Shown: one piece after another, positions 30,354-40,117 of the stretch | How the letters are laid out: each line of letters opens with the position of its first letter | Numbering within the stretch: the stretch's first letter is position 1 | From: Patescibacteria group bacterium | Lineage (GTDB): Bacteria; Patescibacteriota; Minisyncoccia; UBA6257; UBA9933 | Reading direction: 5' to 3' | Length of the DNA: 64,000 bases | NCBI GenBank assembly: GCA_030017615.1 | Contig: JASEIG010000002.1 | Coordinates: 11,980 to 75,979 of the forward strand | Translations under genes and position numbers: made by a program | Notes under the pieces: generated by a model | The model's database searches: none | Told to the model about the DNA's origin: nothing | What the model saw: the letters and a program-made list of their open reading frames with translations, nothing else

Positions 30354-30596
30354 TTATTCAAATGGATTAGTCTTGGTCGTTTTATAAGGGTTGGTTTTTG
30401 TCGCGGGATTTACATCCGGCATTTTTTGCAATGGCTCCGTTTGTGTACCGTAGTCCGGCAACGCGCTCTGAGTAACATTTTCTATCGCCTTTTGCTCCGG
30501 AGTCTGAGCCGACTTTTTCCAATAAAAATATCCTCCCAACCCAAGAGCGATTATTATAACCGCAATCGCTATTAAAATTATGGTGTTTTTATTCAT
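30354..30596 (-). CDS. Small membrane-anchored hypothetical protein
   Basis: N-terminal TM, Pro-rich tail ending NPFE. Confidence 0.8.
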   Translation of the reverse strand: MNKNTIILIAIAVIIIALGLGGYFYWKKSAQTPEQKAIENVTQSALPDYGTQTEPLQKMPDVNPATKTNPYKTTKTNPFE

Positions 30597-30725
30597 TTTT
30601 GTTTGTTTTGAAAATTTTTAAGTTTTTCGACCATTTCTGGTTTTTTTTATTATACAATATTTTTATTTTACTAAAAAGTGGATAAGTTCTATTGGTTATG
30701 GATAAAAAAATTTTGGCGGGGATTG

Positions 30726-31883
30726 TTACCGGATAGTTAATTTTAATACCTCATCGGCAATAATTTGAGAAGATTGCGGCTTAAATAAGGTTGCGGCGGA
30801 TTGAGACATTGATTCAGAAATTCCCGGATTGGAAAATATTTTTTGAATCTGCGACATAAAAAGATTCGGTTTAAGATTGCTTTCCTCAATCACAATAGCC
30901 GCTCCCGCTTTAGAATATTCAAATGCATTTTTAACCTGATGATTTCCGGCGGCCTCCGCCAAAGGCAGTAAAATTGACGGCTTTCCCATAGCCGCGATTT
31001 CAAATATAGAGCCGCTTCCCGCTCTGGAAACAACCAAATCCGCGGCGATATAAGCATCCTTTATATTTTCGTCAAAATACGCGATTGACTTGTATTGATT
31101 TTTTTGCGTCTGTGAAAAATGTTCAAAAAGAGAAGTTATTTCTTTATTAAATCCCGTGAAGTTATTAATTCCTGTTTGGTGCAATATTTGATAATTATTT
31201 ACGATTAACTCTTTGGCGATATCAAGAAAAAAATCATTTATTCTTACAGCTCCCTGAGAACCTCCTAAAACCAAAATTACCGGTCTGTTCGGGTCAAAAC
31301 TGAAAATTTTTTTGGCGGCTTCGCGCGTTAAATTATTTTCTCTTAATAAAAAATCGCGAATCGGATTGCCGGTTAAAGCCATTTTCGCGGATATTTTCCG
31401 CTTATCTTTTTCTTTTTTAAATTTTTCTAAAAAAGATTCTTGAGACGCGATAAAAGAAACGGCAATTCTGTCCGCGTATTTTGCGGAAATTAAATTTGTC
31501 AAACCCGCAACAGCGTCGGATTCATGAATTATTATCGGAATGCGATAAAAATAACAAGCTAAAACCACGGGTAAAGCGCCCGGCCCGCCTTTAGAAAATA
31601 AAACGTCAGGCATAATCCAAAAAATTTTCCAAAACGCCTGAATTACGCTGATTATAAATTTCGGAAAATCAATGATATTTCTAAAATCAAAATATCGCCT
31701 TAATTTTGAAGAAGCGATTTTGTAAACCTTAATTTTATTTTGCGCCAAAAAATAACCGTAATTTTCAGGACACCCGACATAATAAAGCTCCGCTTCCGGA
31801 TTTTTCTCCTTAATTTTTTGAGCCACAGCTATTATCGGGTAAATATGCCCCCCCGTTTCTCCGCCGGTAAATAAAATTCTCAA
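30726..31883 (-). CDS. murG: MurG N-acetylglucosaminyl transferase
   Basis: TGGETGGHIYP, IHESD, TGNPIR, GGSQGA, SRAGSG, HQVKNA; TTG start. Confidence 0.96.
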   Translation of the reverse strand: MRILFTGGETGGHIYPIIAVAQKIKEKNPEAELYYVGCPENYGYFLAQNKIKVYKIASSKLRRYFDFRNIIDFPKFIISVIQAFWKIFWIMPDVLFSKGGPGALPVVLACYFYRIPIIIHESDAVAGLTNLISAKYADRIAVSFIASQESFLEKFKKEKDKRKISAKMALTGNPIRDFLLRENNLTREAAKKIFSFDPNRPVILVLGGSQGAVRINDFFLDIAKELIVNNYQILHQTGINNFTGFNKEITSLFEHFSQTQKNQYKSIAYFDENIKDAYIAADLVVSRAGSGSIFEIAAMGKPSILLPLAEAAGNHQVKNAFEYSKAGAAIVIEESNLKPNLFMSQIQKIFSNPGISESMSQSAATLFKPQSSQIIADEVLKLTIR

Positions 31884-31975
31884 TTTATAGGTATCAGGTG
31901 TTAGATGTTAGGTGTTAAGTAAAATAATAAAAACTGAATACATAACAAAACTAAAAACTAAAACCTAAAAGCTAT

Positions 31976-33088
31976 TCAACTATATTTAGAAATATTAACA
32001 ATAATACCGCCCATGGTCAAAAAAATCGCCAACGCGGTTCCCCCGTAACTGATAAACGGCAAAGGAACTCCGGTGAGCGGCAAAAGCCCGGAAATAGCCC
32101 CTATATTCACAAAAGTCTGAATGGCAATAATTGAAATAAAACCAACTGTCATCAACCGTCCAAATTGGTCGCGGCAATTTTTTGCAACAATAAATCCCCT
32201 GACCACAAGCAAAATAAATGTGGAAATTAAAATTATTGAACCGATAAACCCAAATTCCTCGGCGATAACGGCGAATATGGAATCGCCTATCGGTTCGGGC
32301 AAAAATTTGTATTTTGTCGTTGATTGTCCGAAGCCGACTCCAAACGCGCCCCCGGAACCAATGGCCATTAACGCCTGATTGCGATGATAACCGCTTGACT
32401 GCGTATCAACGCTTTTATTATTTATGTAATTCATAACGCGTTGCGTTCTGTATGGAGTATTAAGAACTATTACTGCCAAACCAAATATCCCTAAAAAAAC
32501 AATGCCGGCGATATAACGCAATCTTGTTCCGCTCACAAAATAAACAATAAGACTTGCGGTCATAATTATAAATATAGTGGTTGTGGCCGGCTGAAGCGCG
32601 ATAAGAACAGCTATCACCCCGGCCATAATAATAAGCGGAATAAAACCTTCGTCAAAACTGACGGAACGTGATTTCTTTTTGCTTAGCCATGCGGCTAAAT
32701 AAATTATAAACGTTAACTTTAAAAGCTCCGCGGGTTGGATTGATATTTGCCCGATATTTATCCATCTGACAGCTCCGCCCGAGTGCATGCCTATCGGAGT
32801 AAATACCAGAATAAGTCCGGCAATACTGACTAACAGCAGATAAATCGCCGCCGATTGCCATTTTTTATACGGCACAAAATATCCGATTAAAAATCCGATA
32901 ATACCCAAGCTTAATCCGTAATAAATCTGATGTTTTAAATAATAAAAAGTATTGTTAAATTTAATTTTCCCCAAATCGGACGACGCACTTGAAAGCATAA
33001 TCAGTCCGAAAACAGTCAGTAAAATTATTGTTGTCAATAAAATATAGTCCGGCGGGTTTCCTTTTTTTATTTTTAATCCTCTTATCAT
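31976..33088 (-). CDS. ftsW: Peptidoglycan glycosyltransferase FtsW (SEDS)
   Basis: GAVRWI, IQPAELLK, AIGSGG, LPEPIGDSIFAVIAEEFG, TGVPLPFISYGG; adjacent to murG. Confidence 0.95.
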   Translation of the reverse strand: MIRGLKIKKGNPPDYILLTTIILLTVFGLIMLSSASSDLGKIKFNNTFYYLKHQIYYGLSLGIIGFLIGYFVPYKKWQSAAIYLLLVSIAGLILVFTPIGMHSGGAVRWINIGQISIQPAELLKLTFIIYLAAWLSKKKSRSVSFDEGFIPLIIMAGVIAVLIALQPATTTIFIIMTASLIVYFVSGTRLRYIAGIVFLGIFGLAVIVLNTPYRTQRVMNYINNKSVDTQSSGYHRNQALMAIGSGGAFGVGFGQSTTKYKFLPEPIGDSIFAVIAEEFGFIGSIILISTFILLVVRGFIVAKNCRDQFGRLMTVGFISIIAIQTFVNIGAISGLLPLTGVPLPFISYGGTALAIFLTMGGIIVNISKYS

Positions 33089-33092
33089 TTTT

Positions 33093-34619
33093 TTACTTTT
33101 CCGCTTTTCTTAAAATTTTCCCGTTCAAAGATTCAATCAGCTGGCCGTCTTTCATTGCGAACTTCCCGTTTACCATCACCATTTCTATTTTTGAATTTCT
33201 TATTAACACGAGGTCAGCCGCCATATTTTCAGCGATAATTCCTCTATCTTTAATTCCCAATTGTCTTGCCGGAAGACTGGTGAATTTCTGAATAATTTTT
33301 TCAATCGGAATGCCGTTTTTTGCCGCAAATTCCAAAGTTTTCGGAAATGTTTTTGAATGTTCCATATCTGTTATTTGATTATCTTCGTGAAAACTCGCGG
33401 AAGACGACGAAACTATGGATTTTCCGCTAATAAGAGCGTTAAATAAAGGTTTAACGGATAAATTTTTAAACATTAAAACTCCCCGCAATTTTGTCAGTTT
33501 CATTAATTCCAGTAAACCCTCTTTTGGATTAATTCCTCTGTCAAGACAAAAACTTTTTAATGTTTTTCCCGTTAAATATTCATGCTCCGGCGCCCGAAAT
33601 ATCTTAATTTCTTCCATTTTTAAAAGAGGCAAATCCTTTTTTATTTTTATAAGAGATTCCAATGAATTAAAATTGTTTTGAATTTCCTTGAAACTGCCGC
33701 GTTGCGCCCAAATAGGAAGAAACGCAAAAAGCGGAATCGCGGAAATTTCAAACGGATGGAGATTGAAATAAACATCCGACACAGCTGAATTATCCTCTAT
33801 TATTTTTATGCCTTCCTTGTATTCTTTTTCAAATCCTTTCGGACATGAAAAATTATTAATTTCCGCTTTAACGGCGGTTTCTTTGGCAAGGTTCACAATT
33901 TCATTCACCGATGGAATAAAATTATCTTTATTGTTTTTTAAAAATACGGAAGAATCGGAGCCGTTTCTGATTTTAACGCTGAATAATCCCCTGTTTGCTT
34001 CCACAATTTCCGCTAAAGATTTTAATTCCTTATATGAAACTAAAGAAGTAAGCGGAAAGTTCAAATCAACTGAAAAACCAAATGCCCCTTGCTTTAATGA
34101 TGCGTCCACAATATCCTTGAAAACATCAATTTCTTTTTGCGTAAGGTCTCTGAATTCTTCACCCGCTAAAAATTCCCTTAAAGTGGAGTGCCCCGCCAAA
34201 ATTCCAAAATTTACTCCGAGCGGACGTTTTTCAACGGTATTTAAAAACTCTTTAACTGTGTGCCAGTTAACATTTAATTTTGAAACATTTGTCCAAAATT
34301 TTTGAAGTTCAAGCGAACCGTAAAAAAGAGGCGCGAGAGAAATTCCCGACTGTCCGCCGATTATGGTGGTAACTCCTTGTTTGATAAAATCGGTTTGCGC
34401 GGGTTCGGTAAATAAAGACAAATACAAATCCGAAGCGGTATTTATATCAATAAAACCCGGCGCAAGATAAGCGCCCATTCCTTCCACCGCGCTGTCCGCT
34501 TTATAATTTGGAAAATATCCGATTGCGGTAATTTTTTCTCCTTTCACTAAAACATCGGCTTTCGCCGGAGGACGATTAGCCCCATTTACTAAAAAAATAT
34601 TTTTAATAAGAGTGGTCAT
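33093..34619 (-). CDS. N-acyl-D-amino-acid deacylase homolog, apparently catalytically degenerate
   Basis: Amidohydrolase scaffold (APGFID, QGVTT, FTSLPARQLGIKDRG, ADLV, VMVNG) with metal ligands substituted. Confidence 0.85.
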   Translation of the reverse strand: MTTLIKNIFLVNGANRPPAKADVLVKGEKITAIGYFPNYKADSAVEGMGAYLAPGFIDINTASDLYLSLFTEPAQTDFIKQGVTTIIGGQSGISLAPLFYGSLELQKFWTNVSKLNVNWHTVKEFLNTVEKRPLGVNFGILAGHSTLREFLAGEEFRDLTQKEIDVFKDIVDASLKQGAFGFSVDLNFPLTSLVSYKELKSLAEIVEANRGLFSVKIRNGSDSSVFLKNNKDNFIPSVNEIVNLAKETAVKAEINNFSCPKGFEKEYKEGIKIIEDNSAVSDVYFNLHPFEISAIPLFAFLPIWAQRGSFKEIQNNFNSLESLIKIKKDLPLLKMEEIKIFRAPEHEYLTGKTLKSFCLDRGINPKEGLLELMKLTKLRGVLMFKNLSVKPLFNALISGKSIVSSSSASFHEDNQITDMEHSKTFPKTLEFAAKNGIPIEKIIQKFTSLPARQLGIKDRGIIAENMAADLVLIRNSKIEMVMVNGKFAMKDGQLIESLNGKILRKAEK

Positions 34620-34725
34620 ATTCCCGATAAAGCCGCCAATAAACTGTCAGTGAACAGCATTTATGTAATTCTAATATATTTCCAAAAAAAATTCTATTTA
34701 AATCGGCAAATCCGCGTTTTGCCCG

Positions 34726-34989
34726 TTAAAAAGGCGCGGATTTTATTTTTTGCCTTTGTTTTTTCAATTCTTCCGTTCTGTTCCGATATTTTTCTTTTAT
34801 TTCTTTTTCCGCGCCTGACAAGAAAAAATCCGGGAATTGCCGACTTCTGATATTTTGTAATTCTTTCATTTTACTTTTTTCCAGTGTTTTTATTGCCATA
34901 AAAATCACAAAAAGGCGAATTTTTCTTATGGCAATGATGAGAAATACTCCGCAAAACACACCGATTAAAATAACCAAAAAATTGTTCAT
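34726..34989 (-). CDS. Small hypothetical protein with N-terminal TM
   Basis: 87-aa ORF co-oriented downstream of udg. Confidence 0.6.
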   Translation of the reverse strand: MNNFLVILIGVFCGVFLIIAIRKIRLFVIFMAIKTLEKSKMKELQNIRSRQFPDFFLSGAEKEIKEKYRNRTEELKKQRQKIKSAPF

Positions 34990-35016
34990 GCCTGTGTCGC
35001 CGTTAAATTATTTTAA

Positions 35017-35628
35017 TTATTTTATTAATTCTTTAAGTGTTTGAAAATCTTTAAGCATTTCAGTTTTTAGTTCCCTCCTGTATAACGCGACTGCGGGATG
35101 ATATAAAGGAATAATTTTTATTTTTCCGCGCGCGGTTTGCGTTCCAAAAACATTCCCATGAACATTGCTAATCCCTTTTAAATGCTGGTCAAGACCGAAT
35201 TTTTCCATAATATAAGCCATTGAATATCGTCCCAATGTGGCTATAATTTCGGGCTGGATAATTTCAATTTGGCGGTCTAAAAAAGGAGCGTAAATGTTTA
35301 TTTCATCCGGAAAAGGGTCGCGATTATTCGGCGGCCTGTCTTTTACGATATTGGTTATATAAACATCTTTTCTTAAAAGCCCGATTGATTCAACTAATTC
35401 GGTTAAAATTTTCCCCGCCGCCCCGGCAAACGGCCGGCTGGTTTCCGCTTCCGTCTTCCCCGGCGCTTCTCCGATAAACATTATTTTCGCGTAATGATTC
35501 CCTTCCCCGATAACCGGATAAACATTGTCTTGAATTCTGTATTGATATAAGGGTGATTCTTTTAAATTCCAAATCTCGTCTCTGATTTGTTTTAATAACT
35601 CTGTGCGATTGTCGTTAGAGTTTTCCAT
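35017..35628 (-). CDS. Uracil-DNA glycosylase family 4
   Basis: IGEAPG, PFAGAAG, YITNIVK.RPP, YHPA. Confidence 0.93.
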   Translation of the reverse strand: MENSNDNRTELLKQIRDEIWNLKESPLYQYRIQDNVYPVIGEGNHYAKIMFIGEAPGKTEAETSRPFAGAAGKILTELVESIGLLRKDVYITNIVKDRPPNNRDPFPDEINIYAPFLDRQIEIIQPEIIATLGRYSMAYIMEKFGLDQHLKGISNVHGNVFGTQTARGKIKIIPLYHPAVALYRRELKTEMLKDFQTLKELIK

Positions 35629-35895
35629 TTATTCAAGTGAGATAATTTGAATGCCTTTATTTAAAATTTCTTCTTTGGGCCAAAATAGCTGGTCAATTTT
35701 GTACTTGCCCGCATAAGTAACTTTCTTTTCAATTTTTCTGCCGGTATATTCTTTTATTTTTGGGTCCCATTCTTCAAGAACCAAGGTGTCGCCTTCATTT
35801 ATTTCAAAATCGTTGAGACGCAATTCATATTTCTTTTTTCCCAAAATTACAGCGCCAAAATACTCCGGCCAAATTTTCTTTTTTATAACTGCCAT
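35629..35895 (-). CDS. DUF3850/ASCH-like domain protein
   Basis: KIWPEYF, GKKKYELR.ND, GDTLVLEEW, YTGR. Confidence 0.85.
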   Translation of the reverse strand: MAVIKKKIWPEYFGAVILGKKKYELRLNDFEINEGDTLVLEEWDPKIKEYTGRKIEKKVTYAGKYKIDQLFWPKEEILNKGIQIISLE

Positions 35896-35951
35896 TTTTT
35901 AAAATTTTTAACTAAATTTGTAAATAAAATAAATTCATTATTTTTTTTATA

Positions 35952-38522
35952 TTATCCATGACACTTTTTATATTTCTTCCCACTGCCACAAGGGCATGGC
36001 TCGTTGCGACCGACGGATTTGCGCTGAACAAACGCGGAATTGCGCGGGATAATTTCCGCATTATTCTGTATTCGTCCAGTATTGGTCTGTGATAATAACT
36101 TCCAGATATTAAAAAATATCCAATCTTCAAAATTAACAAAAAGACTTTTAAACATTATAAAACTTTCTCTTCTATATTCCACCAAAGGGTCGTGCTGGCC
36201 GTATGCTCTGATATTTACCGATTCCCGAAGAGCTTCCAAATTATCCAAATGGTTCATCCATAAACTGTCCAGTGTCGCCAACACTCTGACGCGCGTTTCC
36301 AGCTCGTTTTCCGGCGTAATCGCTTTTCTGATTTTCTCTTTAAGAATTTCTTTTAAATCTTTTTCTGATGTCATCTCGTCTTTTTCAAGCACGCCGGAAT
36401 TAATAAGTGTTTTTTCTAAATTTTCTAAATTCTCCGGCTCCGCGTTTTGAGCGGATATTCTGTCAAAAGAATTTAAAATTATTTCTTCCAATGATTCGGA
36501 TAAATTATTTTCCAAAATCTTCTGCCTTTTGTCATAAACGGCAACCCTTTGTTTATTAAGAATATCGTCGTAATCAAGAAGGTGTTTTCTGGAATCAAAA
36601 TTTATGCCCTCCACTTTTTTCTGCGCTTCAACAACAACCCGGGAAACCATTTTTGATTCAATCGGCTGGTCTTCGGGCAAATTAAAAGATTCCATTATGC
36701 TTTTTATTTTTTCGCCTCCAAAAATTCTCATTAAATCGTCTTCAAGAGAAAGAAAAAATTGAGTCGCGCCGGGATCGCCCTGCCTTCCCGCGCGTCCCTG
36801 AAGCTGATTGTCTATGCGCCGCGCTTCGTGCCGTTCCGTCCCGATAACATACAGTCCTCCCAAATCCCTTACTTTCCGCGCTTTCATCGGGCTGGGCGGA
36901 TTACCGCCAAGAATAATATCAACGCCTCTTCCCGCCATATTGGTGGCGACAGTCACAGCGCCCGGTTTTCCGGCCTGCGCGATTATTTCTCCTTCACGCT
37001 CGTGATTTTTAGCGTTTAAAACCTCGTGTTTCACGCCGGCTTTATTTAACAATCCCGAAATAATCTCATTATTGTTTATGGAAGCGGTGCCGACTAAAAC
37101 CGGCTGTCCCATTTCACAACGTCTTTTTATTTCCGCCACAGCCGCATTGTATCTTGATTTCTTATTCTTATAAATTAAGTCCGGCAAATCTTCTCTTGCC
37201 GATGGTTTGTTCGTGGGGATAGTTATAACTTCCAATTTATAAACTTTATGAAATTCTTCCGCAGAAGTCTGCGCGGTTCCGGTCATACCCGCAATTTTTT
37301 TATAAAGGCGAAAATAATTTTGAATAGTCACTTGCGCGTAAGTTTTTGATTCCTGCTGAATTTGCGTTCCTTCTTTTGCCTCAATTGCCTGGTGCAATCC
37401 CCCCGAATATCTTCTTCCGGGCATAAGTCTGCCGGTAAATTCATCTACAATAATTATTTCGCCGTTTCTGTTGACATAATGTTTATCACGATGAAAAAGC
37501 GCGCGAGCGCGAAGCGATTCTTCCAAGAAATGAACGAGACGAAAATTTTCCGGACCGTAAAGATTTTTAATATTTAAAAACTTTTCAATTTTAGTTATGC
37601 CGTCATCGGTAATAGTTGCCGATTTTGTTTTTTCATCCACCAGATAATCTTCTTCTTTTTTTAAATATTCAACCGCCTTGGAAAATATTTTATAATACTC
37701 GCTGGATTCGGCATCCGGCGCGGCAATAATCAAAGGAGTTCTTGCCTCATCAATTAAAATACTGTCCACTTCGTCAATAATGGCGAAATAATGTCCGCGC
37801 TGGACTTGATCGTCCGTTCTGTATGATAAATTATCCCGAAGATAATCAAATCCGAATTCGTGGTTTGTTCCGTAAAGAATATCCAATTTATAAGCTTCTT
37901 TTCTGGATATCGGACGCAAATATTCCTGAAATACTTTAAAACTGCCCAATATATCCCGTTCTTTGTCTAATTTATCCTGATTGTTTTCCGTCTCTTGTTC
38001 CCCGTCTCTTGACATTTGTCCATTATCACGCGCCGTATAGGTTGGATCATAAAAATAAGCCGTGTTATGAGTTAGACAACCAACAGTCATCCCAAGTAAA
38101 TTGTATATCTGCCCCATCCACACTGTATCGCGTCTGGCAAGATAATCGTTGACAGTGATAATATGGACTCCTCTCCCCGTCAGCGCGTTCAAATAAGCCG
38201 GCGCGGTTGCGGCTAAAGTTTTTCCTTCGCCGGTTTTCATTTCAGCGATTTTCCCCTGATGAAGTGCGATGCCGCCTATAAGTTGAACATCAAAATGACG
38301 TTGATTTAAAACGCGTTTTGAAGCTTCCCTTACAAACGTAAAAGCTTCCGGAAGAAACTTATCTATATTATTTTCATTTCGTATTTTTTCTTTTAATTCA
38401 AAACTGTTTTTTTTCAATTCCTCGGATGAAAGTTTTACAATTTCCGGCTCCCTGGAATTTATTTCAGAAATCAGCAAATCAAAATCATATTTCCCAAACA
38501 GGTTTTTTAAAAAACTGAACAT
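35952..38522 (-). CDS. secA: Preprotein translocase ATPase SecA
   Basis: MKTGEGKT, IIDEVDSILIDEARTPLII, ATNMAGRG, C-terminal GRNEPCPCGSGKKYKKCH. Confidence 0.98.
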   Translation of the reverse strand: MFSFLKNLFGKYDFDLLISEINSREPEIVKLSSEELKKNSFELKEKIRNENNIDKFLPEAFTFVREASKRVLNQRHFDVQLIGGIALHQGKIAEMKTGEGKTLAATAPAYLNALTGRGVHIITVNDYLARRDTVWMGQIYNLLGMTVGCLTHNTAYFYDPTYTARDNGQMSRDGEQETENNQDKLDKERDILGSFKVFQEYLRPISRKEAYKLDILYGTNHEFGFDYLRDNLSYRTDDQVQRGHYFAIIDEVDSILIDEARTPLIIAAPDAESSEYYKIFSKAVEYLKKEEDYLVDEKTKSATITDDGITKIEKFLNIKNLYGPENFRLVHFLEESLRARALFHRDKHYVNRNGEIIIVDEFTGRLMPGRRYSGGLHQAIEAKEGTQIQQESKTYAQVTIQNYFRLYKKIAGMTGTAQTSAEEFHKVYKLEVITIPTNKPSAREDLPDLIYKNKKSRYNAAVAEIKRRCEMGQPVLVGTASINNNEIISGLLNKAGVKHEVLNAKNHEREGEIIAQAGKPGAVTVATNMAGRGVDIILGGNPPSPMKARKVRDLGGLYVIGTERHEARRIDNQLQGRAGRQGDPGATQFFLSLEDDLMRIFGGEKIKSIMESFNLPEDQPIESKMVSRVVVEAQKKVEGINFDSRKHLLDYDDILNKQRVAVYDKRQKILENNLSESLEEIILNSFDRISAQNAEPENLENLEKTLINSGVLEKDEMTSEKDLKEILKEKIRKAITPENELETRVRVLATLDSLWMNHLDNLEALRESVNIRAYGQHDPLVEYRRESFIMFKSLFVNFEDWIFFNIWKLLSQTNTGRIQNNAEIIPRNSAFVQRKSVGRNEPCPCGSGKKYKKCHG

Positions 38523-38556
38523 AAAAAATGCGCAAATTAAGTTAAATCGTTAAAAA

Positions 38557-38904
38557 TTAAATTTTATCGCCGCGAGTATGTCTGTCGTCTTCAATATTAA
38601 CTTCTTTAAATTTTTGAAATTCAATTTTAAGCTTATCCTTTACTTTATCAATTATTGCTCTCACATCGTCTCCGTCATGCTCAACGCGGATAAGTTTTCC
38701 GTTTAAATACACATTCGCCTTAGCATGATAAACATTTCCGTGCCGATGATGTCTGGTAGTTCTTGTAATTTCAAAATTAATTTCAGCTTCCTGACTTTTT
38801 TCAAATCCCGTGATAATTTTTCCCGCTGATTTAATTTTATTTTCTACGTATTCATTAATGGCAGGAGTCAAATCCAAACCGCTGGCTTTTATATTTAATT
38901 TCAT
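38557..38904 (-). CDS. hpf: Ribosome hibernation factor HPF/RaiA
   Basis: MKLNIKA..LDLTPAI.EYVE.K start, HHRHG, AIIDKVKDKL; upstream of secA. Confidence 0.9.
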   Translation of the reverse strand: MKLNIKASGLDLTPAINEYVENKIKSAGKIITGFEKSQEAEINFEITRTTRHHRHGNVYHAKANVYLNGKLIRVEHDGDDVRAIIDKVKDKLKIEFQKFKEVNIEDDRHTRGDKI

Positions 38905-39042
38905 ATTTAAATAACAAAACTACAACGCAAAACTTAAAATGTTTTTTGTTTTAAATCCGCTGATTAAAGTTTGAGTAATTATACCACGTTTTTTTCTTTT
39001 TTCCAATATATATCCGAATATAAAAATTTTAAATTGCGCCTG

Positions 39043-39074
39043 TCTGCTATCTGAATGATCGTCCAGATAGCAGA
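39043..39074. repeat. Inverted repeat in AT-rich intergenic region
   Basis: TCTGCTATCTG-10 nt-CAGATAGCAGA, 11-bp perfect arms. Confidence 0.6.
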
Positions 39075-39172
39075 TAAAATTCAAAAAAATAACTGATATT
39101 TTTAAAGATTAAATTACTAAATTAATACTCTAAAATTTGCATCCAATAAACATACATGAAAAGATATAAAAT

Positions 39173-39204
39173 AAAAACCGCCCCGCTAAGCGGGACAGTT
39201 TTTT
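39173..39204 (-). terminator. Intrinsic terminator of the 20-aa Lys-rich ORF
   Basis: Minus strand AAAAAACTGTCCCGC-tta-GCGGGGCGGTTTTT, using G-U pairs on that strand. Confidence 0.75.
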
Positions 39205-39216
39205 AAAAGACCTGGT

Positions 39217-39279
39217 TTACTTTCTCTTTTTTGTAGCCTTCTTTTTCGCGGTCTTTTTTGCTTTTTTCTTTGCTGCCAT
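39217..39279 (-). CDS. Unannotated 20-aa Lys/Ala-rich peptide (histone H1 tail-like)
   Basis: ATG...TAA reading MAAKKKAKKTAKKKATKKRK; mixed AAA/AAG codons; terminator 12 nt downstream. Confidence 0.75.
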   Translation of the reverse strand: MAAKKKAKKTAKKKATKKRK

Positions 39280-39442
39280 TGTGGCTTTATCGTGCTTAAT
39301 TTTATTAAACTAAACACAAATTATTTTTCAATTTAAAAAATGGATTGCCGACCATTCAATTCATACTTTAAATTTTATTTCCAAGAAAAAATTTTATTTT
39401 TTCTCTTGCATTAATTTTGAACTAAATAAAAATAAAATACAA

Positions 39443-39451
39443 TGTGGATAA
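39443..39451 (-). promoter_or_regulatory. DnaA-box consensus
   Basis: TGTGGATAA is the reverse complement of TTATCCACA; intergenic. Confidence 0.4.
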
Positions 39452-39493
39452 CTCAAGTCGGTGAAATTTTCGCCTAAAAAAATTATTTACCCG

Positions 39494-40117
39494 CTATTTC
39501 GTTTTAATCTCATTGGATTTTTTAAAAACAATAAATTTATATCCAATAAAATTCCAAACAAGCGAAACCGCAACCGCGGCTAAAGCTCCGATATTTGCCA
39601 ATTGTCCCGCGGAAACCCCGGTAAAACGCGCCTTGCTTACTATTAAAGCCGCTGTTCCAATATTAAGGACAAACCCTATCACGCTTACTGTTAAAAATTG
39701 GCTGAATTCCTTTATGCTCGCCTCTTTATCATTCCCGAATGTCCAATATTTGTTCCAAAAATAAGCATTGATATTGGCAATAATAAACGAAGTTCCTTTA
39801 AAAATGGAAAACCAGATTCCCGAAGCGTGATTAAAAATATAAATCATCAAATTCAAAATTCCTAAATCAATAAGAGTATTAAGTGCTCCCACTGCCGCAA
39901 ATTTCACAAACTGTAAAACAACAGGAACCCGTTTGGCAACAAGAGAAGCGATCCACAAAGCGATAACGGCAAAAACCGCAAACCCAAAAACCATTAAAAT
40001 TACATTTATAAAAGTCAGAGAAAAAATCCGCGCATGTAAATTTTTTATTACCGGTAAAAGCAAAAGTCCGAACAGCACTCCTATTAAACTAACCAATAAA
40101 AAATCTTTTTTTTTCAT
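39494..40117 (-). CDS. GtrA family membrane protein
   Basis: QFVKFAAVGALNTLID, NAYFWNKYWTF, WNFIGYKFIVF; ATGA overlap with upstream gene. Confidence 0.92.
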   Translation of the reverse strand: MKKKDFLLVSLIGVLFGLLLLPVIKNLHARIFSLTFINVILMVFGFAVFAVIALWIASLVAKRVPVVLQFVKFAAVGALNTLIDLGILNLMIYIFNHASGIWFSIFKGTSFIIANINAYFWNKYWTFGNDKEASIKEFSQFLTVSVIGFVLNIGTAALIVSKARFTGVSAGQLANIGALAAVAVSLVWNFIGYKFIVFKKSNEIKTK

